IMG/VR virus record: IMGVR_UViG_3300009285_004753
Location: 1 to 28,279 of that record
Source of the DNA: a virus
DNA: 28,279 nt
Reading direction: 5' to 3' (one strand)
In this document: positions 8,155 through 17,369 of the stretch, piece after piece
Position numbering within the stretch: position 1 is the stretch's first letter
Layout of the letters: the number at the start of each line of letters is the position of its first letter
The notes under the pieces: model-generated
The model's input: the letters and a program-made list of their open reading frames with translations, nothing else
Database searches by the model: none
Told to the model about the DNA's origin: nothing
Translations under genes and position numbers: made by a program

Positions 8155-8406
8155 CTAGCGTTGATGCAATGAACCGCCCATAAGCGGGTATATCCCAACG
8201 CGTAAGATCTCTTCTACCTTTTCCTTCACACCGTACCCGCCGTCACGCAGGTCTTCCAGCGCGACGAGCAAGCGCATAACCTCATGCTGGTAATGCAACA
8301 TCACGTGGAACTGAATAGCGATCTGCGATTCACCGAGCAGCGCCAACGCCGGGCCGAGGTCGCGCTGACAAACGGGGCAAACATCATTCTTACACTTGAT
8401 ATTCAC
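8155..8406 (-). CDS. Small putative Zn-finger protein
   Basis: CPVC...H-x3-H; GTGA-coupled. Confidence 0.55.
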   Translation of the reverse strand: MNIKCKNDVCPVCQRDLGPALALLGESQIAIQFHVMLHYQHEVMRLLVALEDLRDGGYGVKEKVEEILRVGIYPLMGGSLHQR

Positions 8407-8693
8407 TGCGCGCCCCCAACCAAAGCGTCCCGCTCTACCTCGAACTTACGGCGGGCATCAGCAAACAGGACAGTACCGTGCTTTGCCTCCAGCCCAGTGA
8501 GCAGCGCCAACTGCTCGTCCACAAACCTGAGCCTGCTTGTACGGTTGAACGCCTCAGTCGCCCGATGGCACTTCTCGCAGCGGTTGGTTGTCCTCGTGCA
8601 TGTCAGCGGGTTATGCCTGCTCTTCAACGGCCCGATGTACTCCAGCACAACCGGCGCCCCTTGGATCGTTTTGTGGCAGATGTCGCAGCGCAT
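8403..8693 (-). CDS. Small putative Zn-finger protein
   Basis: MRCDICH...RCEKCH (two CxxC); TAATG overlap at 8693. Confidence 0.6.
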   Translation of the reverse strand: MRCDICHKTIQGAPVVLEYIGPLKSRHNPLTCTRTTNRCEKCHRATEAFNRTSRLRFVDEQLALLTGLEAKHGTVLFADARRKFEVERDALVGGAQ

Positions 8694-9019
8694 TACCGCC
8701 CCTCTTCGGCCAGGAAGTCTCTGCCGAGCCGGATGCCGAACCTGCGGCACACAGTCCGACAGACAACCTGCTCGGAACGAGAAACACCAGCCTCTGACGC
8801 ACGACCCGCCAGTTCTGCTACGATCAGGACCATCTGGGGTTCCGTCAGGCTTAACTGATCGTACAGTTCTGCGTCAGGAAACGCCGCCTGACACTTCCGC
8901 AGGTACGCGTTGATCTCCCATGCCGTCTTTGATTGTTCAGGATACCCGTCGCGGTTTCCCAGCGATTCCATTCCGTGCAGGATCTGTTCGAGTTGTTTTG
9001 CACCCAGGGTCAACTTCAT
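8693..9019 (-). CDS. Hypothetical protein
   Basis: GGAGG SD 8 nt before ATG 9019; first gene after an AT-rich intergenic region. Confidence 0.6.
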   Translation of the reverse strand: MKLTLGAKQLEQILHGMESLGNRDGYPEQSKTAWEINAYLRKCQAAFPDAELYDQLSLTEPQMVLIVAELAGRASEAGVSRSEQVVCRTVCRRFGIRLGRDFLAEEGR

Positions 9020-9112
9020 CGGCATCGCCTCCGTTATCAACGCCAGAACAACATGCAACCGGCGTGCCAGAAACAGGAAACGTGTAACATCAACGAGTTA
9101 GCAATTCGGCTG

Positions 9113-9162
9113 TAGCACCGCATATGTATCATTTCAAGATGATGTTGCAAAATGGCGCAACA
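9113..9162 (-). promoter_or_regulatory. Possible sigma70-type promoter with adjacent inverted-repeat operator
   Basis: Minus strand TTGAAA-N17-TACAGC with TG at -15/-14 (imperfect -10); inverted repeat TGTTGC-N8-GCAACA at 9143-9162. Confidence 0.35.
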
Positions 9163-9183
9163 AAATGAGACACACATGCGGGC

Positions 9184-9456
9184 TTACTTGCCGGGCGATA
9201 CCAGGATCGGCGTCAGGAAGATCGCCTGGCCGCGCAACTCGACCCGCACCTTGTAACCGCGAAGCTTACGAGCGCGCAGGAGCGACACGTAACACGAGCG
9301 CAACGCCGGTCCCCCCGGCTCCGCCACGTATGACATCGAAAACCCGTCCATAAGGTTCGATGCGCGATCCAGCATGTCCGCCCACGCCGACTGCCGCCGT
9401 CCCGTCCGGCGCAACGGAGCGGGAATTGCCGTCGTCCTAACCTTGCGCGTCGTCAT
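9184..9456 (-). CDS. Small basic hypothetical protein
   Basis: 90 aa, Arg-rich, GGGGGG SD. Confidence 0.6.
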   Translation of the reverse strand: MTTRKVRTTAIPAPLRRTGRRQSAWADMLDRASNLMDGFSMSYVAEPGGPALRSCYVSLLRARKLRGYKVRVELRGQAIFLTPILVSPGK

Positions 9457-9465
9457 CCGCCCCCC

Positions 9466-10515
9466 CTAAGCCAGAACCAACGGCCACGGCTGCCGGCCCT
9501 TCCACGGCCCATCGACAGGGCTGCACGTCTGCGTGTCCACGTTTGACACACGGTATACGTCGTAGCCCTGCGTAACCCCCTCGTAAGGTCCGATCAGCCG
9601 GAACGTCTGTTTCGTTCCCGAGTAGAACTTCTCAGGCACGCCATCGCCGTCGGTATCCTTTTTCGGGTAGAACCCGTCTGCCGCCCACCGCGCCAAACCC
9701 GGCCCCATCGGCTGACCGGGACGGTAGGGGTCTTCCAGCATCAACCCATCAGGCCCACCAACCTTCAAGACAAGGATGCAATGATGTTCCATCTCGACCA
9801 TGTTCACTTTGTTCAGCCACTCCCAGTGCCGGTACAGGTTCGACAACGGGATCTTCTCCAGCCTGTACTTCCCTTCGACCTCACAGTACTCGTCGTACCC
9901 AGGGATACGCGTGTTCTTGTAGACTTCGTCGTGATCGAAGTTCGCAATCTGCCAAGCCGACCGCCCAATCCGGAAGTTGTACTCGTGGTTAGCGCTGAGA
10001 TACCAGCCGAGAATCAGACCAGCCCAGGGACTACACGTCCCCCCATGCACAGGCGGCGTCACACCAGTACCAGGTACAATGCGGCCAACACGCGGAATCA
10101 CGAACATCTGCTGAGCGTCGAACTCCTTCGAGTCGAAGTAGTACGGGTCAATCCATCCACCGTACCGGCAGCCCTGCCCACCGTCACACCGCTGTTGCAG
10201 CCGCACAGCGTCCGAGATCCGGCGATCCAACGGGGTCACAGGCAACGAAACCGGCAACCGCCGCACTTCATCCCATGTGTCCACCGCAGCAGTCTCTGTG
10301 TTCGCCCGTAACGTCTCCAGCCTGAGTTTCAGCGCCGCCAACGTCGGCGTATCCGCCACTCCAGTGAGGAGCAGGTCCGATGCCGCTTGAAGACGCCGCA
10401 CAGCACCCTCGGTAATCGGGCCGAAGAATCCCGACCACGGACTGACAGGGTACCCGGCAGTTGTCAGATCGATCTGAAGCTGCTTGACTGCGCTACTGCG
10501 ATCACCACGTTGCAT
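9466..10515 (-). CDS. PG-binding domain plus putative Cys-His (NlpC/P60-like) hydrolase; endolysin candidate
   Basis: N-terminal QRGDRSSAVKQLQ..L...GY...G.FGPITEGAVRRLQ...L..TGVAD.PT..AL; C-terminal RYGG...GTCSPW...HHCILV. Start 10515 or 10530. Confidence 0.75.
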   Translation of the reverse strand: MQRGDRSSAVKQLQIDLTTAGYPVSPWSGFFGPITEGAVRRLQAASDLLLTGVADTPTLAALKLRLETLRANTETAAVDTWDEVRRLPVSLPVTPLDRRISDAVRLQQRCDGGQGCRYGGWIDPYYFDSKEFDAQQMFVIPRVGRIVPGTGVTPPVHGGTCSPWAGLILGWYLSANHEYNFRIGRSAWQIANFDHDEVYKNTRIPGYDEYCEVEGKYRLEKIPLSNLYRHWEWLNKVNMVEMEHHCILVLKVGGPDGLMLEDPYRPGQPMGPGLARWAADGFYPKKDTDGDGVPEKFYSGTKQTFRLIGPYEGVTQGYDVYRVSNVDTQTCSPVDGPWKGRQPWPLVLA

Positions 10516-10536
10516 TGTCACACCGCCCACTCAGAG

Positions 10537-11529
10537 TTAACGGTCAAAACCACGCCACCAGTGTGCTGCATCGTTCTGCGCGTCTCCCTGCATCTGAAGA
10601 ATAGCGTCCAACGACGCCTTGTCCCGAAGCGCAGCACGCCGCTCTAGGCGCGGCGCCTTCTCGCTGCCAAGCTTGGCAGCCACTGTCGTCTCAGACAGGT
10701 AGATCGACCTGATCAACGACTCGACCGCCGGGTACGAGCGGCGTAAAACAGCCGAAGGGTAGGACACGGGAGCCTGCGGACCGACGGTGCTTTCCGATAC
10801 TTCCGACCCGGACCCGCTATCGGGGACATCAATGAACGGGATCTTGAATTTCCGCCCCTTGTACTCGGAATACTCCCTGCCCCAGAAGATACGGCGTTCT
10901 TTCTGCTGAGCACTCCAAGTAACGAACGACTCGGGTTCCCGACTGACCCCCAGCGCAGCACGGACATAGGAGGCATATTCCTCGGCCGACGGATGGATCT
11001 GATCCCGCTCCCACTCCGTTCTCGGTTTGGGTCTACGGCCGGCAACACGTTCGTCGCGGACATAGCCGGCGTAAGCGCCTTTCGGCCCGACCAGCACGGT
11101 ATCCCGAACACCAAGTACCTTTCCCTTGGGCGTGAGTAGTTCAAAGTGGTACCCGGTAGACGTCCGCTCACCGAAAATCACAGCAGACTGATCTACCTGC
11201 GGATCAGCAGCGTAAGACAGAAGTACATCGCGCGGGATGTTCATTATGAAAAACGGGTTCTCGACCCCGGTAAAGTTACCGATGATCTGCCGATACCCAT
11301 ACCCATCCGACCTAATCTGAGCCGCCAACGCCCGATTTCGTGCCCTGTTCGCCGCAGGATCTGTGATCGGCGTACTCTGTGGGTTCTCCGCTGTAACGAT
11401 CCCGAGTGTGCCCACCGTAGGCACGTCGCCCTGCATGATCTGCATCAGCCGGGAATACCCGCTCTCAGTCAGCACGGTACACTCAGACACGGCGCTAAGC
11501 AGGGCATCGAATTGGGTTTCGTCTTTCAC
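10537..11529 (-). CDS. DUF3293-like protein
   Basis: GIVTAENP...NRARNRAL...GYGY....G.F...E..F...Q.AVIF; strong AAGGAGGT SD. Confidence 0.7.
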   Translation of the reverse strand: MKDETQFDALLSAVSECTVLTESGYSRLMQIMQGDVPTVGTLGIVTAENPQSTPITDPAANRARNRALAAQIRSDGYGYRQIIGNFTGVENPFFIMNIPRDVLLSYAADPQVDQSAVIFGERTSTGYHFELLTPKGKVLGVRDTVLVGPKGAYAGYVRDERVAGRRPKPRTEWERDQIHPSAEEYASYVRAALGVSREPESFVTWSAQQKERRIFWGREYSEYKGRKFKIPFIDVPDSGSGSEVSESTVGPQAPVSYPSAVLRRSYPAVESLIRSIYLSETTVAAKLGSEKAPRLERRAALRDKASLDAILQMQGDAQNDAAHWWRGFDR

Positions 11530-11547
11530 GTCACCTCCTTACACAGA

Positions 11548-12471
11548 TCACACGTCAGCGGCCGGCTCCTCGGCAGACGGAACGAACGCAGGCGCCGGAG
11601 TGACGTTGCGGTCGTCCAGCACCGCGGCCTCAGCGAGCCGGCCTCGAACGGGGTCTGAAGCATCGGGCAGAGCGTCCACCGAACTGACCGGAGAAACAGC
11701 GACGGGAACAGACAGATCGAGCGGCGCAGCAGGCGGCGGGAGCACGAGGGCTTCAACCGGCTGTGTACCATCAGGTGCGGCCTGAATCAACAGGTCCGGG
11801 CCATAGGCTTTCGTCAGGCCCACAGCGTCCTGCCTGCGCCACTCGTTCAAGTACCAGACGAACAACTCCAGGCACGCCGACCTGTACGCGTCCGTCTGTA
11901 CGAATTCCCGCAGGACGGGCGTCTTCCACGACAGGATGTCGCGCGGTACGATCTGGCGCAGCTTCCGCCGCAATTCAACCCCCAACACACCTTTGACGTG
12001 GATCTTCTCCAGCAGTTCTCCATTGTACAGCAGCAGGTCGCTCAATTCCGCTGCCTTACCCTGCAACTCCACGATCCGCACGTCCTTGACGTCGAGCAGC
12101 GCTTCCGCCGTTGCAACTTGATCACGAAAGACCTGCAATGCTGCCTCGACCTCAGCCGCCGGCGAGCCATGAACGGCCTGCTCTGCCGTTGACTTCAGTA
12201 CCGACAGTGCCGGACCGAAAGCGGATGACATTGCCTTGACGTCAGAAACGAACTGGCTGGACCAGGAATCGATCTGCTGCCGCAGTTCATCTGCCGTAAC
12301 CGACATCGCAGCAGCCTGCGTCCGAACGACTTCGACCTGCGTCGTTGACGACGCACGAGCAGCCTGGACTTCAGCCTCCAGCCTCGCGATCGCCCGTTTC
12401 TGCTTCTGAACCTGACTCTCCGCCTGCATCAGCCGCTTCTTAAGCCCCAGCCCGTCGTGCTGCTGCACCAT
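11548..12471 (-). CDS. Coiled-coil hypothetical protein with Pro/acidic tail
   Basis: 307 aa, heptad-rich N-terminus, GGGGG SD. Confidence 0.75.
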   Translation of the reverse strand: MVQQHDGLGLKKRLMQAESQVQKQKRAIARLEAEVQAARASSTTQVEVVRTQAAAMSVTADELRQQIDSWSSQFVSDVKAMSSAFGPALSVLKSTAEQAVHGSPAAEVEAALQVFRDQVATAEALLDVKDVRIVELQGKAAELSDLLLYNGELLEKIHVKGVLGVELRRKLRQIVPRDILSWKTPVLREFVQTDAYRSACLELFVWYLNEWRRQDAVGLTKAYGPDLLIQAAPDGTQPVEALVLPPPAAPLDLSVPVAVSPVSSVDALPDASDPVRGRLAEAAVLDDRNVTPAPAFVPSAEEPAADV

Positions 12472-12486
12472 GTGACACCCCCGTTA

Positions 12487-12735
12487 TCAACCCTGCCGCG
12501 ATACAATCACTGCGCCCGCCCTGTTTACCTCACCGAGACACCGGCGGCACGTCGCGTTCGGCAGAGCCGCCGTCAAGCGCAGCAAAACATAGTCTCGCCG
12601 CGTACCCGGTACCTTCTTGTCCGGCACCCACTGCACCAGTACCTCAGCACCGGACTGACCGTTGCGCTTGATCCGCGCCCCGGCATCATCCTTCACGAAC
12701 CAGAAGTCCTTACCTTTCAGCGCCGCTACTACCAT
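12487..12735 (-). CDS. Small hypothetical protein
   Basis: ATG 12735 with GGAGGAGG SD (ORF extends to 12786). Confidence 0.55.
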   Translation of the reverse strand: MVVAALKGKDFWFVKDDAGARIKRNGQSGAEVLVQWVPDKKVPGTRRDYVLLRLTAALPNATCRRCLGEVNRAGAVIVSRQG

Positions 12736-12761
12736 CTTCACCCTCCTCCACCAACGCTGCA

Positions 12762-13115
12762 TCAATTCGCCTGCAAAGCGCGGCATAACGTGTCAAGAAG
12801 CACAGGACAAATCCGCCCTGCGTCTACGATCGCAACGCCAGCGAACCGACCGTCCGTCACCATGGAGAACACGGCATCCCACGGCAACGTCAGCGCTGCA
12901 GGCGTCATCCCTTCCGCGGCATCAACGGCCAGCAGATACCGCACTGCACTCTCCCCGTCACCAAACGTCGGGATGTACTGCAGCCCATCCGACACCGCTG
13001 TAAGCACCTGGTACTCGTCATCGACATTCACCGCGGCTACGACAGGAGCGGCCCATCTGCGAGCAGCAACTATCGCTGTTTCTTCGGTAGTCGTCAGTAC
13101 GGTCGCTTTCAACAC
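12762..13115 (-). CDS. Hypothetical protein, possibly SseB-N-like fold
   Basis: DGLQYIPTF.D...A...GVAIVD pattern; downstream of promoter motif; GGGGG SD. Confidence 0.55.
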   Translation of the reverse strand: MLKATVLTTTEETAIVAARRWAAPVVAAVNVDDEYQVLTAVSDGLQYIPTFGDGESAVRYLLAVDAAEGMTPAALTLPWDAVFSMVTDGRFAGVAIVDAGRICPVLLDTLCRALQAN

Positions 13116-13137
13116 TCACCCCCACCAACACCAACTC

Positions 13138-13161
13138 TATACCACAAACACGGGGAAGCAA
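13138..13161 (-). promoter_or_regulatory. Putative phage promoter, motif copy 3 (TTGCTT-N10-GTGGTATA)
   Basis: Intergenic after terL; shares TGTGGTATAGA with the copy at 18480. Confidence 0.6.
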
Positions 13162-13175
13162 GCACAAAGTACAGA

Positions 13176-15071
13176 CTACCCGCGCCGAATCAACAACTCA
13201 AACGGGTGCTCGGCCCCGCCTACAGCGCCCCGCTGCGTAGCAGTATGCAGCAGGCTTGATTGCGCAGCGGGACTGACCCCGGTAGCGTTGAGCATGCATG
13301 TAAACGACGCAGCCGCCAACGAGTCGGCGATGTCTTTCGACCCGCCAACGGGTTTCTCTACCTTGACTTTCACGCCTGACCCGACGCGGCGCAATCCTTC
13401 CAACTCAGTGCGCAACAACCGATGCGGATACGCCTGTACTCGGTGCTCGGAATAGGCGTTACGCAGTGTAGAGTAAGGCTCAATCGTTTTCTCTACACTC
13501 TGCCGACCTGCGTCGATCCCCGCCTGCGTCAACAGATTGATGGAGTCAGTAGACTGGTACTGATCAAACGTAGTCTTTCCTATTACGAGACCATGTGACC
13601 GCAGCCAGAAGATGAACGACCGGATCTTCTCGAAACAAATCCTATCGCCAGGAGCATTCTGGATCGCCAGAACAAAATCTACCCAAAGAAGTAACCGCGT
13701 GTGCGACTCGTGTTCAACCGTCGCGACAGGAGCGACACACGCCAACCCGGCGGCACAATTATTCTCTGCCAGGTCAGCGTGAATGTAACGAGGAGCAGCA
13801 GGAAAGTACCGCGGCTGGAACCGAGTAGCAGCAACATCAAGCGGAACAAACATCACGTCGCGCTGAAAAAATTCGATCAATGGCACCGGATCACGAACGC
13901 CGATCTGCACAGTCTCCAACAACCACGGATTTTCTCGCGTCGAATCCGCAGCGCTGTCAACCGGCCCCATCGACTCAAAGAACCGGCCATCTGAAAGAAC
14001 GGAACGCCCGGAGACTTCGCGGATTGCACCGGTAATATCGCGTTCGTACAGGACTCGAACCTCGGGAATGTCCGGCACGGCCTCGACGGCCCCGTCCCCA
14101 GGCGGCAGCGCGTCTCCCTTCAGGATCTCCGGGGGGTGTACGCGATCGCCGCAATACACCCGAAACGTCGGCAACCCCTTGTACTTCGGTTTCACGTCAT
14201 ACAAAGCGTACATGGAGCAATACACGTGCGGGTCGTTGCGACACATTACCTTGTGCGCCCGCGTGAAGTCTCCCTCGTCGTTGGCCGACGACGCCAAACA
14301 CAGTAGCGTCGGCTGACCAAAACGAGATGTGATCCTGTTACGCGTTGAAGAGTAGAGTTTGTAGACCTCAGACTGTTCGGCCCGCTTCGTCCTGCCCTGC
14401 TTACGAAAGTTCGCCTCGTCCAGCAGCCCGCCGATGACATTCTGACCCAACGCGTGAATGGAACCGGCGCCAAGTGTGACGCCGACGTTGTTCGGGAACT
14501 CATGGTACTGGTCTCCTGCACGCCGGGACCGCTTACCCACGCGAGCCGCTTCACGAAAGTACGGCGAGACCTGCATGTAAGACATCATCGTACCGTAAGC
14601 CGTATCATCGGCAAGGTACTTGTAGATGTTGAAAAGAGCGAAAACTACAGCGGAACCGGGCAACAGGCCGTAAAACGTCTGCGGATTCCGCATCTTGAAC
14701 AGCAGCATCATCTTGTACAGTAGCGCGATCACAGCTTTGGACGTCTTGCCCACTCCGATCGCTCCGTCCAGCACCCACTCGTAAACCCCGTTCTCGGGCG
14801 ATAGCACGTGAATGAGATCCCGTCGCCACTCCGGGTACAGGTCTTGACACACCATACCCATAAACTCAGGGTCAGACAGAAACGCCGCGGGCGATGGGGG
14901 GCGCTCCTCAAAGTCTATCCGCCATAACGCCTGAAGCACCTGCGAGTCGCCCTTGACCGCATACTCGTTCAGCGCTGCAACCAGGACGGTGCGCTCGTCG
15001 AAGGTAAGCGGCGGAAGCTCCTTACCCGCCAACAGGCGATCAATCTGTCGGGGGGTCTGGTCGTCTGGCAT
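13176..15071 (-). CDS. terL: Terminase large subunit
   Basis: Walker A GAIGVGKT, Walker B GGLLDE, coupling motif ASS, nuclease YIHADLA, TFDQYQS, SKDIADS. Confidence 0.92.
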   Translation of the reverse strand: MPDDQTPRQIDRLLAGKELPPLTFDERTVLVAALNEYAVKGDSQVLQALWRIDFEERPPSPAAFLSDPEFMGMVCQDLYPEWRRDLIHVLSPENGVYEWVLDGAIGVGKTSKAVIALLYKMMLLFKMRNPQTFYGLLPGSAVVFALFNIYKYLADDTAYGTMMSYMQVSPYFREAARVGKRSRRAGDQYHEFPNNVGVTLGAGSIHALGQNVIGGLLDEANFRKQGRTKRAEQSEVYKLYSSTRNRITSRFGQPTLLCLASSANDEGDFTRAHKVMCRNDPHVYCSMYALYDVKPKYKGLPTFRVYCGDRVHPPEILKGDALPPGDGAVEAVPDIPEVRVLYERDITGAIREVSGRSVLSDGRFFESMGPVDSAADSTRENPWLLETVQIGVRDPVPLIEFFQRDVMFVPLDVAATRFQPRYFPAAPRYIHADLAENNCAAGLACVAPVATVEHESHTRLLLWVDFVLAIQNAPGDRICFEKIRSFIFWLRSHGLVIGKTTFDQYQSTDSINLLTQAGIDAGRQSVEKTIEPYSTLRNAYSEHRVQAYPHRLLRTELEGLRRVGSGVKVKVEKPVGGSKDIADSLAAASFTCMLNATGVSPAAQSSLLHTATQRGAVGGAEHPFELLIRRG

Positions 15072-15681
15072 CGGATGTCAGTCGGTCTACCAGAGACCGC
15101 AATCTGTCTCTAGACTCGGGCGACAGGCGTATCATCTGCCCCCCGATCTCCAGCACATCACCAGCGTCGGAGATCTGCTGCCGCGCACGGACCAGCGACT
15201 CGGTGTCCAAAAGACGCAGCCGCATCTCAACCACCTGGTCGATAAACGCCAGGTCGCTGACCATCGTCTTTTGACAAACTTCCAACAGTCGGATCACGTC
15301 CGTGTCCTTCATCGCGCCCAAACGCTCCGGGCGTTGAATCTCGCCTTCGACCTTCTGCACGAATCGCGACATCCGAACCACGCGCTCAAACCGCGCCCGA
15401 GCAACGCCGACCAGACCGACGCGCAACCTGTTTTCGTAACTATCCAGCACATCGTCGATCGCAGCCTTCGCTGACTCCAGGTCAGCACCACCGCGGTCGT
15501 TGACCACGTCCAATATGCGCTCTAGCTTATCCAACTCGCTCCGGCGGTCTCGGAACAAGTGCGCCAGCGTTTGCAGCACATCGCCGTCTGTACTAACAGC
15601 GGCAAACGCTTGAATGTCCGCTTCACCTATTCCGGCAACTGCCGCCGTCGGCAGTGACGTACAGCTACCTCTTTTCCGCAT
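15040..15681 (-). CDS. Helical protein, putative terminase small subunit
   Basis: Position overlapping the terL start, size and helical character only; ATG 15681 with GGGGG SD. Confidence 0.5.
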   Translation of the reverse strand: MRKRGSCTSLPTAAVAGIGEADIQAFAAVSTDGDVLQTLAHLFRDRRSELDKLERILDVVNDRGGADLESAKAAIDDVLDSYENRLRVGLVGVARARFERVVRMSRFVQKVEGEIQRPERLGAMKDTDVIRLLEVCQKTMVSDLAFIDQVVEMRLRLLDTESLVRARQQISDAGDVLEIGGQMIRLSPESRDRLRSLVDRLTSDARRPDPPTD

Positions 15682-16063
15682 TCTGCCCCCCACAGTACGT
15701 GACGACATCCAGTCGATCCAACGCCGACAACCCGTCTACCAACTGTTGCATCTGTTGCAGCCGCTGAGCCAGCCCCACCGGATCGCTCACCAGCGTCCTG
15801 TCGCCATCCAACGAAGACTCCTGCGCTATTCGACGGGCCAGCACCATGTCGCCAGATTGCGCGGCCATATACGAGCGCACATCGCGGACTGCCCGCTCCA
15901 ACCGCGCCGCCGACGGCACACGGAACGTCACACCTGCGAACACAGAAAGGAATCGAAAGAACGCCTCTTCTCCGAACATTTCGTACAGCAGGGGGAGTAC
16001 GCTGTACCTGTCGTCGCGTAACAGCATTAGTTTGATTAGTTGGACTCGATCAAGCTGCGCCAC
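15665..16063 (-). CDS. Mor/C-like transcription regulator-like protein
   Basis: LYEMFGEEAFFRFLSVFAGVTFRVPS...RD resembles the Mor domain; GTG 16063 with GGAGG SD. Confidence 0.55.
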   Translation of the reverse strand: MAQLDRVQLIKLMLLRDDRYSVLPLLYEMFGEEAFFRFLSVFAGVTFRVPSAARLERAVRDVRSYMAAQSGDMVLARRIAQESSLDGDRTLVSDPVGLAQRLQQMQQLVDGLSALDRLDVVTYCGGQNAEKR

Positions 16064-16694
16064 GCTGCGCCTCCAGCACAGATACACGCGCCACAACATT
16101 GCAGTAATCAAGCCCGGCGTCTGATAATTCAGAACGCAAAGCGCTACGCACGTCCGAGTAGTGCATCCCGGACAAAAAACACGCCACAGCACACCGGCAA
16201 GCATCTCCGTGCTGTGTACCGGCGGGAAACCGCACCAGCCGATTAGTAATCGTTGCAGCAACCCCCGGCATCTCACAGGCCGACAGCATATCGTCAGGCG
16301 TCGGTGCATGACTCGGTACCCATGACGCCACCTCCGCCTCTTCCAAGCTGACTAGCCGCCGTCGGGCGTACCACGCTGTCTTGAACTGAATCGCTGACCA
16401 GCGAACTACGCCCTGGATGTAGCGGACGAACTGCCCGAGACCAGCGTACATCCGCTTCTCTTTCAGATGCATCACCACGGCGCACATAGCGTCCGCCGCT
16501 GCATCCTCAATCTCGATACTGTCGAACTGTCTGCGGCTCAAAAGCCCGTAGCAGATGTTCTGCACCAACCTGCTGCGCATGAGCTTTGCTGCCGCTTTCT
16601 GGTAGAACCGGTCGTCACCGTAGTAGTACAACAGGTAGTCGGCAAACGCCGCCTTCAACACGTCATTCGCCGCCACTTTCCAGTCAATCGGCAT
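16050..16694 (-). CDS. Divergent RNA polymerase sigma-factor-like protein
   Basis: EIEDAAADAM...QFVRYIQGVVRWSAIQF...LVSLEE resembles region 2; FLSGMHYSDV is a weak region-4-like segment; ATG 16694 overlaps the ruvC end. Confidence 0.55.
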   Translation of the reverse strand: MPIDWKVAANDVLKAAFADYLLYYYGDDRFYQKAAAKLMRSRLVQNICYGLLSRRQFDSIEIEDAAADAMCAVVMHLKEKRMYAGLGQFVRYIQGVVRWSAIQFKTAWYARRRLVSLEEAEVASWVPSHAPTPDDMLSACEMPGVAATITNRLVRFPAGTQHGDACRCAVACFLSGMHYSDVRSALRSELSDAGLDYCNVVARVSVLEAQRGAA

Positions 16695-17367
16695 CAGCCA
16701 CCCACGGGAGCGAAAGGATGTTCTCAGGGCGCGCCTTCGTCGTGCGCAAAAATAGACGGCGCTCGCCTGCCGTAACACTGTCTAATAGGACGTGCCCCGC
16801 CCGCAGGCTCCACTCTGTTGCAGCAATACGCGCCAAGACGTAAGCGTCCAGGAGATCAGCGAGCATATCGGGTGACGACGACGCAACGGACAGCGCCTTG
16901 TGCGCCAAAGGATAACCCGCTGCAATACCGGCAGCGACCATGTGCTTGTCCGCTACGCCCTTCCCGCACGCTACTATCTTCAACGACAATGGATCATACG
17001 CACGAAACGGAATACGACGCGTAAACAGCCCAGACCGGACCATACCACCGATTTCGCCAGCAGCATGCGCCCTGCCCTTTGCGTCGTACGCGTAGTCTTC
17101 GATCCCCACGATCAACTCTCCTGGTGAATGGTAACTGTCCACCCACGACAGGACGCTTTCGGCATGCCGCCCAAGCCGCTGCACTTCCAGTATAGCCCTG
17201 TAGCTGTGCGGACTCAACTGAATTCTGTGAGCGCCGGGAACGTCTTTCTTCTTCGGTCGCGCCACGGTTGACGCAAACGCGAACTGATGGTCGAAAATGG
17301 TGTAATTCTCGTCCAGAAGGACAGCCCCGCTGTGAGTAGGACTGAGATCAAGGCCGATGAACAGCAT
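16684..17367 (-). CDS. ruvC: RuvC-like Holliday junction resolvase
   Basis: IGLDLS...SG, GIEDY, LK...GKG.ADK..V, D..DAYVLA. Confidence 0.88.
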   Translation of the reverse strand: MLFIGLDLSPTHSGAVLLDENYTIFDHQFAFASTVARPKKKDVPGAHRIQLSPHSYRAILEVQRLGRHAESVLSWVDSYHSPGELIVGIEDYAYDAKGRAHAAGEIGGMVRSGLFTRRIPFRAYDPLSLKIVACGKGVADKHMVAAGIAAGYPLAHKALSVASSSPDMLADLLDAYVLARIAATEWSLRAGHVLLDSVTAGERRLFLRTTKARPENILSLPWVADAD

Positions 17368-17369
17368 AA

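Noticed and set aside
9143-9162. Inverted repeat as an intrinsic terminator
   Set aside because: Weak 6-bp stem with no following U-tract on the coding strand.
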